Of a stretch of 64,000 bases of DNA, positions 18,457-28,478 are shown one piece after another. This DNA comes from a virus. Taxonomy: Duplodnaviria; Heunggongvirae; Uroviricota; Caudoviricetes. Location of the stretch: IMG/VR virus record IMGVR_UViG_3300029705_000019, one strand, 5' to 3'. Below the pieces are notes generated by a model. That model did not search any database. It saw only the letters and a program-made list of their open reading frames with translations, and was not told the origin of the DNA. The position numbers were made by a program, and so were the translations under genes. The number at the start of each line of letters is the position of its first letter. The first letter of the stretch is position 1.

Positions 18457-20487
18457 TTATACTCCTCTTGCTTGTTTAAGAATTTCAACTTCTTTTGGCT
18501 CAATTGATCTGTAAAATTCATAATGATGTTCGGATGAATAACAATCAGAATCTGACTCGCCAATCTCTTCTGTATATGTTGAAATGCCAATGCCTCTATC
18601 AATGAAGAAATCTCTTACAAGAACGTCACAATATAAATGTTCGTGTTTCCAATCTCCGTCATATATACGAATTATAATTTCATCATCTGAGCGATCAATT
18701 TCATCACACATATATCTAACATGTTTATCTGGGTGATTACTGAAGAACTTAACAAGCTCGTCATAATACTTTGTAATGTTCTTTTCATCGACATTTTCAT
18801 AAAGATCTTCATCGCCTTCGTCACAAAGAGGACAAGTACCCATATCATTTAGATAATTATTGCACTTATCACAACGCTTATGCTCAGGTTTGAAATCATA
18901 TTCATCTTCGACTTCAAGCTTCTTTTTATTATGCATCTTTTTCCAAATCATTGCAATTTGAGCATCTGTATACTTGTCATATTTATAATAAGTTTTGCCC
19001 GCAGCTTTTAGATCAGCAATCATCTGATCACGAGATGCTTCATTCAATTCTTTGTAATCTTCAGCCATGGGTCCATTCGGATTTGTTGAAGGGCTTTCAG
19101 AAGGATTGTTCATTGTGTTGAACATTGCAACGTTGTGCTCAACATCACCTGCATCTTTAACCAGCTTCTTTTTCGAAGACTCGTTGAAATCATTATCGAT
19201 GTATCTTACTTTGCCATCATTACAAACAGCCTTGATAAAGAAATTTCCTGCCCCACAATGATCTTCTCCGAAGGTCTTTGCCTCAGCAAAAGAATCTCTT
19301 TGGCCAATCATTTTTCCATGTTCAGAAGGACTTTTTGGTGCTGCATAGATCTGATAAAACTGAATCTTGTAATTCTTTTTATCTTCGTTGATCTGCTCAC
19401 CATTTTTCCATTTAATGTCACTTGATGGATTCATTACGTCATCATACTTAACATAGAATACTTTATCTGGATTCTCAATTGAAGCTTGTTTTGCCTTTTC
19501 TTCAGCCTCAGCAGATGTTGCATTGAAATAATCGTTATGAAGAACATAACCATTATCAAACTCTGTTGTACAAGCAATTCTCTTCTGAGCTTTATCTGCA
19601 TCAAATGCTTCATCAACATCATTCTGCTCTGCTTCATAAGCTGCAGTTGATCTATTATATTCTTTCTTCAATCTTCCATAATAAGTATTGAAATCGTACT
19701 CCATCGGATCATCTTCTGCAATTGAAGGATGCTTCTGATTGAACTCATAATGTTTTTCAAAATACTCAATCAAGATTTCTGAGCATTCATACTCGCAATC
19801 AATACCCATCTTCACACCATCAAGAAGATCGGACCAGCTATCAGATAAAAGTTTATCTTCAGGGAACTTGTAAATCTCCTCAAACTCAACTAAAAACTCA
19901 ATAAACTGTTCAAGAGCTCTTTGCAAATTAGATACTCTATACTCAGTTAAAGGCATCGGGAATGATGACAAACCTTTTGAATGTTTTCGATGATAAGAAG
20001 CTCTCTTTTCGAGCTCATTCTTTTCAGCTGCTTCATTGATAACATTTCCATCTTCATCTGTTTCTTTAACATCGATAATCTCAGACTCAACATACACTGT
20101 GAAGCGCATATCTCTTGAATTTGCCCAAACTTCACCAGGACCATAAGTAAAGCCGTGCATCTCAGTATACTCAGTACCATCAAAAAGTTCAGCTGTATAC
20201 TTAACATTATTAAATTGAGACATAATTGAATTTATCAAGTCTTCAATTTTATCTCTTGACTTTGTTGTCCCAATCCAACAATTAAGAACAACTGCACAGT
20301 TATCAGGATAATCAGTGTCATAATCAAAATCAACAATTTCAGAATGAGAACTAAATTCTTTAATAATGTCTGATCTTATATCACGATTTACTTCATCTAA
20401 ATTGTCCTTGTTGATTTCAATAAGATCGTTATCAAGATCATACTCAAAATTCAAACAAATTGAAACAGAAAAATAATTAATATTCAT
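18457..20487 (-). CDS. Large acidic multi-module protein
   Basis: 676 aa with recurring INE, LTE, FNE, LNE and LYE junctions and a small CxxC-CxxC zinc-finger module. Confidence 0.5.
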   Translation of the reverse strand: MNINYFSVSICLNFEYDLDNDLIEINKDNLDEVNRDIRSDIIKEFSSHSEIVDFDYDTDYPDNCAVVLNCWIGTTKSRDKIEDLINSIMSQFNNVKYTAELFDGTEYTEMHGFTYGPGEVWANSRDMRFTVYVESEIIDVKETDEDGNVINEAAEKNELEKRASYHRKHSKGLSSFPMPLTEYRVSNLQRALEQFIEFLVEFEEIYKFPEDKLLSDSWSDLLDGVKMGIDCEYECSEILIEYFEKHYEFNQKHPSIAEDDPMEYDFNTYYGRLKKEYNRSTAAYEAEQNDVDEAFDADKAQKRIACTTEFDNGYVLHNDYFNATSAEAEEKAKQASIENPDKVFYVKYDDVMNPSSDIKWKNGEQINEDKKNYKIQFYQIYAAPKSPSEHGKMIGQRDSFAEAKTFGEDHCGAGNFFIKAVCNDGKVRYIDNDFNESSKKKLVKDAGDVEHNVAMFNTMNNPSESPSTNPNGPMAEDYKELNEASRDQMIADLKAAGKTYYKYDKYTDAQIAMIWKKMHNKKKLEVEDEYDFKPEHKRCDKCNNYLNDMGTCPLCDEGDEDLYENVDEKNITKYYDELVKFFSNHPDKHVRYMCDEIDRSDDEIIIRIYDGDWKHEHLYCDVLVRDFFIDRGIGISTYTEEIGESDSDCYSSEHHYEFYRSIEPKEVEILKQARGV

Positions 20488-20715
20488 TTATCGTTCTCCA
20501 ATATATTTTCAATAACATAATCTTTGGACCTTTTTATAAATATGTTTTCTAAAGTGCTGAATGAAAAAATTAACTTTTAAGATGAATTGAATATAGGGGG
20601 ATTTATTAAATTCCCCTCCTCATAAATATATTATGTAATAATATATTTATTTATTAGTATATATAATCATTAGTTACTTCTTAGGAAACCTTATCTTAGG
20701 TTTCCAACGATAAGG

Positions 20716-21078
20716 TCATTCTAGTTCGTTCTCTACAACAACAAGTTTATCTTCATTTTTATACTCAGGTATGTCGGCTAGATGATAGATTACATTCTTT
20801 ATTTTTCCATCATGATATTGGTATTCACGTTTCAAGTAACCTGATTCCTCAAGCTGATTTAATGCACTTCTAATTGAAGTAACACCTTCCTTACGATTTT
20901 TAGCGATTAGTTCAGCTGTAAAATACCAATCATCTGGTTGTCTCCACATATACAACCATAATCCAAGACTTTTGAACGACAACGAAGGATCATCCACAAT
21001 ACTATTATCAAGCTGAGTATAATTTCTATTATAATGTTTTTGTGTCTTTGCCATGTTGTTTCTCCAGGTTAAGTTCAT
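20716..21078 (-). CDS. Helix-turn-helix protein resembling the N-terminus of phage replication initiators
   Basis: NYTQLDNSIVDDPSLSFKSLGLWLYMWRQPDDW...SIRSALNQLEESGYL winged-HTH pattern. Confidence 0.65.
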   Translation of the reverse strand: MNLTWRNNMAKTQKHYNRNYTQLDNSIVDDPSLSFKSLGLWLYMWRQPDDWYFTAELIAKNRKEGVTSIRSALNQLEESGYLKREYQYHDGKIKNVIYHLADIPEYKNEDKLVVVENELE

Positions 21079-21265
21079 TCTTATATTGAGTCATTAATTC
21101 ATCAACTTTTGGCGTGTGCTCAAAATAGAAAACAAGTTTTGTTTCATTTATGAAATCTTTGTGCGGTGCAATTCTTCTTAATTTGCAATCACGTGAAAGT
21201 AGAAAATTTGCAAGTTTACGACTCATTATAGCCATATCCTTGTTCATTAGAGCACAGTCCTCCAT
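21029..21265 (-). CDS. Small conserved phage protein (DUF5659-like)
   Basis: SRKLANFLL...PHK...VFYFE pattern. Early promoter at about 21300-21330. Confidence 0.45.
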   Translation of the reverse strand: MEDCALMNKDMAIMSRKLANFLLSRDCKLRRIAPHKDFINETKLVFYFEHTPKVDELMTQYKNELNLEKQHGKDTKTL

Positions 21266-21388
21266 TAGTATTACATTCTATAGTAAGTTATACAATTGTT
21301 ATTATAATGTAAATACTAAGAATCTTCAATACATTAAAATAATAAAGGCTGTTAGTTTAGTAACAGCCTTTATTGTCTATTTTACTGA

Positions 21389-21664
21389 TTACGGATTGAG
21401 TATTACTTTATCCGAAAAGTACTGAGCGTTATCGTTATAGTTCCAGCATTCTCTACTAGTCATAATAAATTCAATAACTTCTACTGCATCAACTTCATTT
21501 ACCGTAGGAGTTACAGGATCAGTTTCATCCGGATTTACAGGGTTAATTAACGTTTCCTCATTATTTGTAATGTCACTGCTTTCATTGTTAACATCGATTG
21601 TTACACAACCCGCTAAAGACATCATCATGACGAGTGCAATAATCATGGCCAATAAATTTTTCAT
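21389..21664 (-). CDS. Predicted lipoprotein
   Basis: MKNLLAMIIALVMMMSLAGC signal peptide with a lipobox. Confidence 0.6.
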   Translation of the reverse strand: MKNLLAMIIALVMMMSLAGCVTIDVNNESSDITNNEETLINPVNPDETDPVTPTVNEVDAVEVIEFIMTSRECWNYNDNAQYFSDKVILNP

Positions 21665-21815
21665 CTTTTATTTTCCTCCAAAATTGTATTTTGTTGATAT
21701 TCAGCACAACCTGCACAATTAGTTGTGCAAGGTGCAAGCATTAGGGTATATAAATTATTTAACGAAGTATATTCGCCTTTATTTGCCTTCGTTTCCTCCA
21801 CAGATGTGGATGGTT

Positions 21816-22118
21816 TTACTTTGTAAAATCATATATTGGAATGTAAAGAGTTTGTCCAGGATAAATGAGCGAGGTACATTCGGATCTAGTTTGAATATCT
21901 TTGATGACATATGTATTATCAATGTGGTTCCAACCATTTGAAAGACTGCCAAGGTACCACAAGGAATCACCTTCATCAACTTTTACAGTGAAATAATCAA
22001 CTGGCATTGGTCTAAGCTCAATATCACCAGCTTCAACTTTATTAATGAAAACAAGACCGCTAATACAAATAGTTGAGATAAGAATGAGAACTGATACCAT
22101 TATGTAAAATCTTTTCAT
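21816..22118 (-). CDS. Membrane-anchored LysM protein (YneA-like architecture)
   Basis: N-terminal TM segment, then VKVDEGDSLWYL...LIYPGQTLYIP LysM motif. Confidence 0.7.
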   Translation of the reverse strand: MKRFYIMVSVLILISTICISGLVFINKVEAGDIELRPMPVDYFTVKVDEGDSLWYLGSLSNGWNHIDNTYVIKDIQTRSECTSLIYPGQTLYIPIYDFTK

Positions 22119-22209
22119 TTTTAATAACCTCTTCTTTCCTTTTCTACATATATATTATAATATAAAAAGCAGAGATAATCAACTATCTCTGCTTTTTACA
22201 ACTGTTATT

Positions 22210-23981
22210 TTATTCAGATATATTACCCTCATTTTCTATATTTTCCTTATAACCGTATTCACCAGGGCATGTTACATACAATTCATATCCTCTAAAATGT
22301 TCATTGGAAATGCTCAATTGATTTCTTTTTACAATGTACTTACTGATAGGTTCAAATCCGCCAACAACAAAAGGATAATCACCTTTGGTGTACATTATCC
22401 AAGTACATTCACCAGCTGCACGTTGATGTTTTCCAACATAAGTACGGTAAAACTTTTCAGGGTCAACATCAATGTTAAATTCATCTTTGATTCTTTTAGC
22501 TAAGAGAGTGACAGTTGAAGAGGCCATCAAGGACACACTCCTTTTGGATCTTTGTCTCTGATAAACCAGATCGTTTCGCAGTGTTTACATCTTACGATCC
22601 AGCTTCCCGATGTCGTGTCTTCTTGTTTGATTGTAACATCAGTTTTTCTTACATATGTATGACATCCTGTACAATATGTCCATGTGTCGTCAAATTCTTG
22701 TTCGATTCTCTCAAGATAAGATCTAAACATTTTCATCTTTTGTAAGAATTGCTCAGGATTGTCTATGTCAAACTCTTTACGAAAATCATCAAAGTAGATC
22801 ATGGTTTAGAATTCCTTTCCGCTGCGCAACGAGGACACAGAGTTCCATAGTTTTCATCCTCAACCCAATCTTTTGTTTCAGCTTTCAACTTCTTGATTCT
22901 ATCAGGAGAATACCAGCCTGAATAATTAGCAATAGCTAAACATTTGAGACATTTAACTTCACACCAGATAAGATTCTTCATAGATTACCTCACTATTCCA
23001 CGTTGTAGTACATTTCAGGATGAATAGCTCTTAAAACCGTTTGTCCAAAGAAATCATTTTCTAGCTTTACAACATAGTTAGCATATTCATCTTTGTAGTC
23101 TAAACATTCATGAACTGAAATACCCTCACCAATTCTTTTACCGATTGTGTCTTCACGGTGAAGAAGGATAAATACAGCATAACCGTTTAGATTTGATCCA
23201 CAATCTTTGTGAACTTGTGCAAGAGTTTTTCCGATTGGATCATACAAAAACATATCACATAGTCTCCTTCTTAACAAGAAGATAGTCAGTGTCAATATCT
23301 TCAATTTTAGGGCTACGGTTGATTGTATATTCAGTTTCTTTAAGTAATTCTTCGAGATGAGCAACATCAATTGCACAAGATCTGTAGGAAGGGCTACCTG
23401 CCGTTTTATAATTACATTCAATAAGTGCAATATCAAACGCTCCATTCATGACAGATGCACGACTTGCCCAGATATAGCCCTTACTGTGTCCATAATGTTC
23501 ATCTGCAAGTTGTTCACAACCGTAAGTGAAAATTCCTTCAATGTTAGTCTTCTTAACAAAGAGTCTGCTGTTACCGCTTACTTTCGACAAAACATCATCA
23601 CCGGAAACAAGTTCTTTGTCTCCGATAATATAAACAGCTTGACAAATTCCATCCCGAATACCATCGATTTTCAACATTGTTGCTTCCCTCCAACTTCTTT
23701 TTACAGTAATATTATAATATATTTTAACAGTTTAATCAACTATAAAATAAGCGGCATATTTCTATGCCGCTTATTTTTCTTATTTATTGTTTGAAAACTT
23801 GCCACGGGTATTTTAGGAATTCTATTGATGACTCCTCTTGTCTGGATGCAAGTACTGCATTTATCTTGATCTTCTTGTTTGTAAAACCAGTTACTTCTCC
23901 AAGAAGCAATTCAGCATATTTACCATCAGCTGCTACAACTTTGTCACCAATTTGTAATTCTTTTCCAACACAATCTAACAT
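22210..23981 (-). other. Block of small early hypothetical ORFs (22210-22536, 22527-22802, 22799-22981, about 22993-23250, 23255-23677, 23784-23981)
   Basis: Overlapping start/stop junctions, GGAG/GAGG SD sites and early promoters; several have CxxC motifs. Confidence 0.6.
23711..23742 (-). promoter_or_regulatory. Representative early sigma70/sigmaA-type promoter AGTTGA(T/A)-N~17-TATAAT
   Basis: The motif recurs about 15 times upstream of small ORF operons, e.g. near 9700, 22180, 37615, 40280, 44020, 45420, 47410, 49840, 53910, 57510, 58550, 58815, 61170 and 62560. Confidence 0.8.
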
Positions 23982-24042
23982 AATTGTTTTATCTCCAAAT
24001 AATAGATGAATATGTTAATTATTATATTATTTATTATATGAT

Positions 24043-24675
24043 TTATTTAGTAATTGTAATCTTAATTTTTCTAACAACAAATTTACTAATGGATTGATCG
24101 TACACAACAACCGGTATGTCTGATGTTGATCCAAGAGTTCTTGGATCAACATTTAACTCATGCAATATTTGATGCATCGAGTTGGGTAGATTTGAGTTTC
24201 CTTTATATAGAATACCAGAATTAATTCGTGGATCAACAGCTGTTTCATTTCCTTCAGGATGATGAAGATAACACTTATAATTTTTATACTCTTTAAAAAC
24301 ACCGTCGTTAGAAGCTTCTTTAACAAATCTTCTTTTCGATTTACCTCTTAATGAACTATTCGTTGTCACTAAGAGGTGTAATTGATTTTTCATGGCTTCT
24401 TTTTTATCAACATTAGGAACAATTTTTGTAATATTTACACTTGCATTAGTTACAATATCTTTCCAATTTTTATCTACTGATTCATGTCCATCAACATTAC
24501 CAGTTGAAAATAGTTTTCTTACAACTCCATTTGAATCTGATTTATCTATCTGTTGATTATTATTCAATATCAAATAAATAAAATCATTTTTTGTTGTTCC
24601 ATTATCATTATATGTAAATTCAACTCTATGATACTTTTCTTCATTCAATACATTTTCAACAATTCTAAATTTCAT
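24043..24675 (-). CDS. Protein with a capsid-targeting-like N-terminus (start revised to MKFRIVE)
   Basis: GAGG SD lies upstream of the ATG at 24675; late-type TTGTATAT at about 24717-24724. Confidence 0.5.
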   Translation of the reverse strand: MKFRIVENVLNEEKYHRVEFTYNDNGTTKNDFIYLILNNNQQIDKSDSNGVVRKLFSTGNVDGHESVDKNWKDIVTNASVNITKIVPNVDKKEAMKNQLHLLVTTNSSLRGKSKRRFVKEASNDGVFKEYKNYKCYLHHPEGNETAVDPRINSGILYKGNSNLPNSMHQILHELNVDPRTLGSTSDIPVVVYDQSISKFVVRKIKITITK

Positions 24676-24934
24676 ATATAAATGAAACCTCACATTGATA
24701 AGTTAATATGTAAATGATATACAAGATAACTATTATCAGGCGAAAAATTACTATTAGATTACTCTCTAAAATCTTTCACAGACTTCTCTCTCTTCATCAA
24801 TATTAGATACTCCATCATTGATGATAAAATCTGATATGTGTTATTAACAAATTGTACTGTGTTATCATTTGAAGTATATAAGTCACGATGTATATATTTT
24901 TATATGATATAAAAATATAAGGAGATTATCTATC

Positions 24935-25567
24935 TTGAGTACTACAATTCGATTGTATCCAACTAATCACTATGCTTATACTTCAAGCAGTTCTGTCGCC
25001 AATGTTAACAACGCAACAGACTTATATGGTGATGGTTCAAGCTCAAGCGGTGTTGTTGCTACAGCACCATTGGGTTATGCAACATCGTTAGGATATACAT
25101 TTGATCTATCATCAATTCCGTCAACAGCAGTGTTTACTGATGTTGTATTCTATACTCTCTTTCAATGCCGTGGCAGTTTAGCTGATGTTGCAACAAATGA
25201 GTTCAATTCATCAACAGTTATGTTGTTACTTAATGATTTGGGGTTTGAATCTTATAACATTGATGCCATTCAACAAGGAAATTACAACCAATCTGAAGCT
25301 TATGAGACATATAGTAGGTCAGGACAAATTATTATAAATAAATCACTAAAATCTTATGTTGAAGAACTGGTTCTTGATGGCGTGAATATGCCAAGTATAT
25401 CAATTGAATACTTTATAGATGCAACATCAAGTTCAAATGCTGCTTCTGATTTACAGATGTATGTGAACACTTTGTATGTTGAAGTAACTTATGAAGATGC
25501 AACAGCTCCTGACTCTGACGCAGGTGGATTTATTTTCATCGATGGTGCTTGGTGCCCAATTAATTAA
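24935..25567 (+). CDS. Tagged variable protein C (C-terminal GGFIFIDGAWCPIN)
   Basis: AGGAG SD, TTG start, CACGATGTATAT upstream. Paralogous to A and B through the xVEVTYE strand before the tag. Confidence 0.7.
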   Translation: MSTTIRLYPTNHYAYTSSSSVANVNNATDLYGDGSSSSGVVATAPLGYATSLGYTFDLSSIPSTAVFTDVVFYTLFQCRGSLADVATNEFNSSTVMLLLNDLGFESYNIDAIQQGNYNQSEAYETYSRSGQIIINKSLKSYVEELVLDGVNMPSISIEYFIDATSSSNAASDLQMYVNTLYVEVTYEDATAPDSDAGGFIFIDGAWCPIN

Positions 25568-25647
25568 CATCTTTCAATAACTGTATTAATTTAATAGCAG
25601 TAAGAAAAACTTGCTGTGTAAAATACAACATTGAGGTGTGAATAATT

Positions 25648-25689
25648 ATGTGGATTTTCATCAATGGTGCATGGGTACAAATTGGTTAA
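25648..25689 (+). CDS. 13-aa minigene MWIFINGAWVQIG consisting only of the tag
   Basis: ATG TGG ATT TTC ATC AAT GGT GCA TGG GTA CAA ATT GGT TAA, with GAGGTG SD 9 nt upstream and a terminator directly downstream. Confidence 0.6.
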   Translation: MWIFINGAWVQIG

Positions 25690-25705
25690 TTATTTGTATC
25701 ACAAC

Positions 25706-25737
25706 AAAAAGCGCTGATTTTATTCAGCGCTTTTTTT
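25706..25737. terminator. Bidirectional intrinsic terminator
   Basis: AAAAA-GCGCTGA...TCAGCGC-TTTTTTT between convergent cassettes D and E; near-identical copy at 28435-28468. Confidence 0.8.
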
Positions 25738-25753
25738 ATTTATGAATTTTTAG

Positions 25754-26644
25754 TTACGCAAGCGGGAACCAGGCTCCATCAATTGACACATATCCATAAG
25801 GTTGTTTTCCAATATGATAAATATCAGTGTACACATATCCTGAGTATACGATGCCACTAGAGGAAGTTAGCTGAATTGCATTTCTTGCTCTAAACTGAAT
25901 CTTACCCTTGTCTACGTTAATCGTGTGGGAAAATATATAATTTGGAAGAGATGCAACACTATATGAACATCTTGTCCATGTTGATTGATCATAGCTGTAT
26001 TCAACTTCAGCAAATTTACTAGTTGCTACAATACTATTAAAACCGGTTGGTTGTGATATTGTGAAACTGATAGTAGTGTCTTTCTTAAGGTTTTCTGATG
26101 GATTAATGTCAACACGAAGGGGAGCTGGAACATTATCAGCAAAATTTTTGTTAAATGTAAATTTTACAGCATCATAACCAAGGCCTGTTGATTGTGCAGA
26201 AACTGTAGTTCTTCCATAACAACTATAATGTTGTGTTGTTAGTGAACTTGGAATGAGACCTGAGTTCCATAAAAGAAGAGTGTTTTCACCACTATTTAAT
26301 TTATTAGTAATTGTGTATGTTTGTGTGTAATAAATACTGTCAACTGCCCATGATTGAAGTGTTTCATACTGCCAAGTTGGAAAAACATTACTTCCCCATG
26401 TTATGACATAGTTTGAACTGTTTACAGTAACACCAGAAGAATACATTGTTCCATAAACAGTGTACTTTGGTTCTTTAATATGTGCTAAACCGTTGAAGAG
26501 CGTACCCTGAGAACCTGCCTTTGTTTCACATATCAAGGTATTCGGCGATTCATAGTAAATTGTATAATACAAGGGATAAACACTACCACCACTAGCAGGC
26601 ATGTTTTGAGTACATGTCCAGCTTAAAATTGCAATTCGAGCCAT
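25754..26644 (-). CDS. Tagged variable protein E (FN3/Ig-like C-domain; YGYVSIDGAWFPLA)
   Basis: Paralog of K (EVEYSYDQSTW / EVQYSYDGSTW; DKGKIQFRARN / DKGGIQFRARN). AATACATCGA upstream. Confidence 0.7.
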   Translation of the reverse strand: MARIAILSWTCTQNMPASGGSVYPLYYTIYYESPNTLICETKAGSQGTLFNGLAHIKEPKYTVYGTMYSSGVTVNSSNYVITWGSNVFPTWQYETLQSWAVDSIYYTQTYTITNKLNSGENTLLLWNSGLIPSSLTTQHYSCYGRTTVSAQSTGLGYDAVKFTFNKNFADNVPAPLRVDINPSENLKKDTTISFTISQPTGFNSIVATSKFAEVEYSYDQSTWTRCSYSVASLPNYIFSHTINVDKGKIQFRARNAIQLTSSSGIVYSGYVYTDIYHIGKQPYGYVSIDGAWFPLA

Positions 26645-26764
26645 AAGTTACTATAACTCCTTTTATTTCATAAAATTATTTTATAGTAATAAATACATCG
26701 ATAAATTAATGCAACAATAGGAATGATATATATATTATGTCATAATCAAGTTTTAAATATCTAT

Positions 26765-26806
26765 AAAAATAGTGCTGATTTTTAATTATAATCAGCACTA
26801 TTTTTT
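26765..26806. terminator. Bidirectional terminator
   Basis: AAAAATAGTGCTGATT...AATCAGCACTATTTTT hairpin. Confidence 0.75.
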
Positions 26807-26847
26807 ATTTACTTTTTACGGTGTGGTGTCAACACAAGAACTATTGT

Positions 26848-26976
26848 TTATGTACTATCTTGATCTGGTATTCTATACCATATACCATTATTATATACAT
26901 ATTCAGTGCTGTCTATCTCAAAGTTTGCAACTATACCTGCATATCCTGAGGCTGAACCACCTTCGCCATCTATCGA
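26848..26976 (-). pseudogene. Startless 3' remnant of a tagged gene (...STEYVYNNGIWYRIPDQDST*)
   Basis: Hand translation of the minus frame, closed upstream by TAA at 26977-26979; ends just before the hairpin at 26765-26806. Confidence 0.5.
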
Positions 26977-27139
26977 TTATGCGTTATCTCCAATACCAGA
27001 AAATGGATATACAAACGGTATTTATCTGTACATTTATGATTGCTATGTTGATGTTACGTATGAAGAAACTGAATCAACACCAATTCAGGATAATGGTGCA
27101 TATGTATTCATTGATGGTGTGTGGCAGCCACTGGGTTAA
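26906..27139 (+). pseudogene. 3' remnant of a C-like tagged gene (...CYVDVTYEE...GAYVFIDGVWQPLG*)
   Basis: Aligns with the C-terminal part of 24935-25567. No convincing SD or promoter motif; followed by a terminator. Confidence 0.6.
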
Positions 27140-27155
27140 ACAGATTAAAAATAGT

Positions 27156-27195
27156 AAATGCTCCCTATGATATTTCTATCATAAGGAGCATTTTT
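27156..27195 (+). terminator. Terminator after remnant G
   Basis: AAATGCTCC(C)TATGATA...TATCATAAGGAGCATTTTT hairpin. Confidence 0.7.
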
Positions 27196-27251
27196 ATAGT
27201 TACGATGTATAATATTCTATAATGAATTTTTATTACGGAGTGATAACATAG

Positions 27252-28421
27252 ATGGCATGTAGTGCAAAATGTAAAATTCTTGAAGCCACAGGCTCTATCG
27301 GTGGTAATTATACTACAATTATTATATCAAAAGGTACACTAACTTTATCCTCATCCACAAGTTATTCAGTGAATCCACAATTTGCCACTGACGCCGATGA
27401 TTACGATACATTTGTATCGTTAGGCACAAAAACTGTTACATCAAGTGGTGTTTCATGGACATTCACACCTCAATCAGGAAATGTTAACGGTATTAGATTT
27501 CGGGATTCCAGTGGTAACTTGATGACAGTGTCACTATATACGTCATCAACAAGACCACAACTACCTACATATATTACATATGGATACGCTGCAGGATCTT
27601 CAGGTTACTATGATAGCGACATTGTTTGGACTGAAACTGATATGACAGCAGGATCAGATAGTTCTACATACTTTCAATGTACATTTAATTACACAGTTCC
27701 ATATGAAGAGTGGGCTAACGCAACAATCAGATATGAAAACAACGGGACATTAACTGTTACAAATAGTATTGACGTATACCAATTACAAATTTATGTAAAT
27801 GGAGTACTTGTTGGTACACTTTCTGATGCAAATACAAGTTATACCGGTAAGTATGTTTCATATGATCCAATCAGTGTTCAGCTTTTGCTTTATAATTCTT
27901 CTACGTATTATCCTCTAAAAATCACTGGATATCCCGCAATGACTGCGGGAACAATGTTTTCATACTGTACGAGCGGTTCACCAATTTTTATTAAAAACAT
28001 ATGGCACGAGGAACCTATTCCTTATGTTCCGATGCTTGTTGCAATGAATCCATCCACTGATGTTTCTTGCGGAGATACTGTTTCCGTGTCTTGGTTAGCA
28101 TCTCATCCAACTTCGACAAATTCTCCTGTAACATATACACATACAGTTGAAGTGAGTGTTGATGAAGGAGAATATGTATCAATTCAAACAATTAATAGTT
28201 CTAATGGAAACAGTATTGAATATGTAATTCCTGATGATTGTTCGACAGTAAAATTTAGAGTTAGAAACAATGCTGCAAATATAAGCCTTATGGGTGTAAC
28301 AAGCGACTGGGCACGAAGCTCAGACTATAGAGAATCAAGCACATATTCAATACTAACAAATGTAGTACTTAATTCTTACGGTTATGTAAATATTGATGGT
28401 AGTTGGCACGCTTTATCATGA
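27252..28421 (+). CDS. Tagged variable protein H (FN3-like C-domain; YGYVNIDGSWHALS)
   Basis: GGAG SD and TACGATGTATAAT upstream. Paralog of I and J. Confidence 0.75.
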   Translation: MACSAKCKILEATGSIGGNYTTIIISKGTLTLSSSTSYSVNPQFATDADDYDTFVSLGTKTVTSSGVSWTFTPQSGNVNGIRFRDSSGNLMTVSLYTSSTRPQLPTYITYGYAAGSSGYYDSDIVWTETDMTAGSDSSTYFQCTFNYTVPYEEWANATIRYENNGTLTVTNSIDVYQLQIYVNGVLVGTLSDANTSYTGKYVSYDPISVQLLLYNSSTYYPLKITGYPAMTAGTMFSYCTSGSPIFIKNIWHEEPIPYVPMLVAMNPSTDVSCGDTVSVSWLASHPTSTNSPVTYTHTVEVSVDEGEYVSIQTINSSNGNSIEYVIPDDCSTVKFRVRNNAANISLMGVTSDWARSSDYRESSTYSILTNVVLNSYGYVNIDGSWHALS

Positions 28422-28434
28422 ATATCAAATAAAT

Positions 28435-28468
28435 AAAAAAAGCGCTGAATTTACTCAGCGCTTTTTTT
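28435..28468. terminator. Bidirectional terminator between H and I
   Basis: AAAAAAAGCGCTGA...TCAGCGCTTTTTTT. Confidence 0.8.
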
Positions 28469-28478
28469 ATTTATGTTT

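Noticed and set aside
20520-20715. Replication origin next to the initiator-like HTH gene
   Set aside because: AT-rich with two hairpins, but there are no iterons, and the hairpins are explained as terminators.
24043-24675. HNH homing endonuclease
   Set aside because: Only a loose HH...N...H pattern (CYLHHP...MHQILH); not enough to call.
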